A stretch of DNA of 63,161 nt, filler included, from Diploschistes diacapsis (lineage: Eukaryota), in assembly GCA_023645945.1 (NCBI GenBank). It is 20 parts of 20 records of this genome, joined end to end, with 100 filler letters (N's around TTAATTAATTAA, not from the genome) between each part and the next. Parts side by side here need not be neighbours in the genome. Positions count along the whole stretch, not along the records: positions 61,957 to 63,161 come from JALAIB010003623.1; 19 more parts are not named here. One strand, 5' to 3'. Positions 62,945-63,161 of the stretch are shown one piece after another. Position numbers and translations under genes: made by a program. The notes beneath the pieces are model-generated. The model saw only the letters and a program-made list of their open reading frames with translations, ran no database searches and was not told where the DNA came from. Numbering within the stretch: the first letter of the stretch is position 1; each line of letters opens with the position of its first letter.

Positions 62945-63161
62945 TAGGCTGGCCGTTTCGTGCCACGGTCACTAACACGGACACTGACACGGACACGACA
63001 GCTAAAATTTTAAAACACGGACACTGACACGGACACTGCACTATAGTGAAAGCACGGACACGGACACGGATATTACATTTAAAATTTTTACAATATTAAT
63101 ACTGACACGGACACTACACTTCCGTGAATTCACCGAAATACTGCGGTGAATCCATCGAAAC
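62945..63161 (+). mobile_element. hAT-like/foldback element end
   Basis: TAGGCTGGCCGTTTCGTGCCACGG followed by ACACGG/ACACTG repeats. Confidence 0.75.

Noticed and set aside
60040..63161. ACACGG/ACACTG arrays as CRISPR-like or telomeric repeats
   Set aside because: No constant repeat-spacer structure, no cas genes, eukaryotic context; bounded by a TIR, so transposon subterminal repeats.

Overview
Filamentous ascomycete genomic DNA (introns, strong RIP signature; the proteins look Pezizomycotina-like, possibly Eurotiomycete, but the taxon is a guess). It is not one locus: 20 contigs are joined by 19 artificial 100-nt spacers (N44-TTAATTAATTAA-N44). Large contig A (5239-25013) is accessory-type. 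It holds a saccharopine-dehydrogenase-like gene, a divergent glycosyltransferase trio (one hyaluronan-synthase-like GT2 plus two GT31 enzymes with PAN/apple-like C-termini), an unknown membrane protein, a RING-ankyrin gene and several pseudogenes (GH27, PTH11-like, O-methyltransferase). Large contig B (38186-57941) is a core block (BFR2, MED7, DBF4, REC114-like, RSC9, ATG13), with a TIR-bounded MULE-like element between BFR2 and MED7. The 18 contigs of about 1.2 kb are nested, RIP-degraded transposons: Copia, chromoviral Gypsy, pogo/Fot1, a hAT-like/foldback family and several LTR families. The main highlights are the candidate glycan/exopolysaccharide cluster, a complete 593-bp TRIM-like mini LTR element with a TSD and an empty site, and Tf1-type self-priming signatures.
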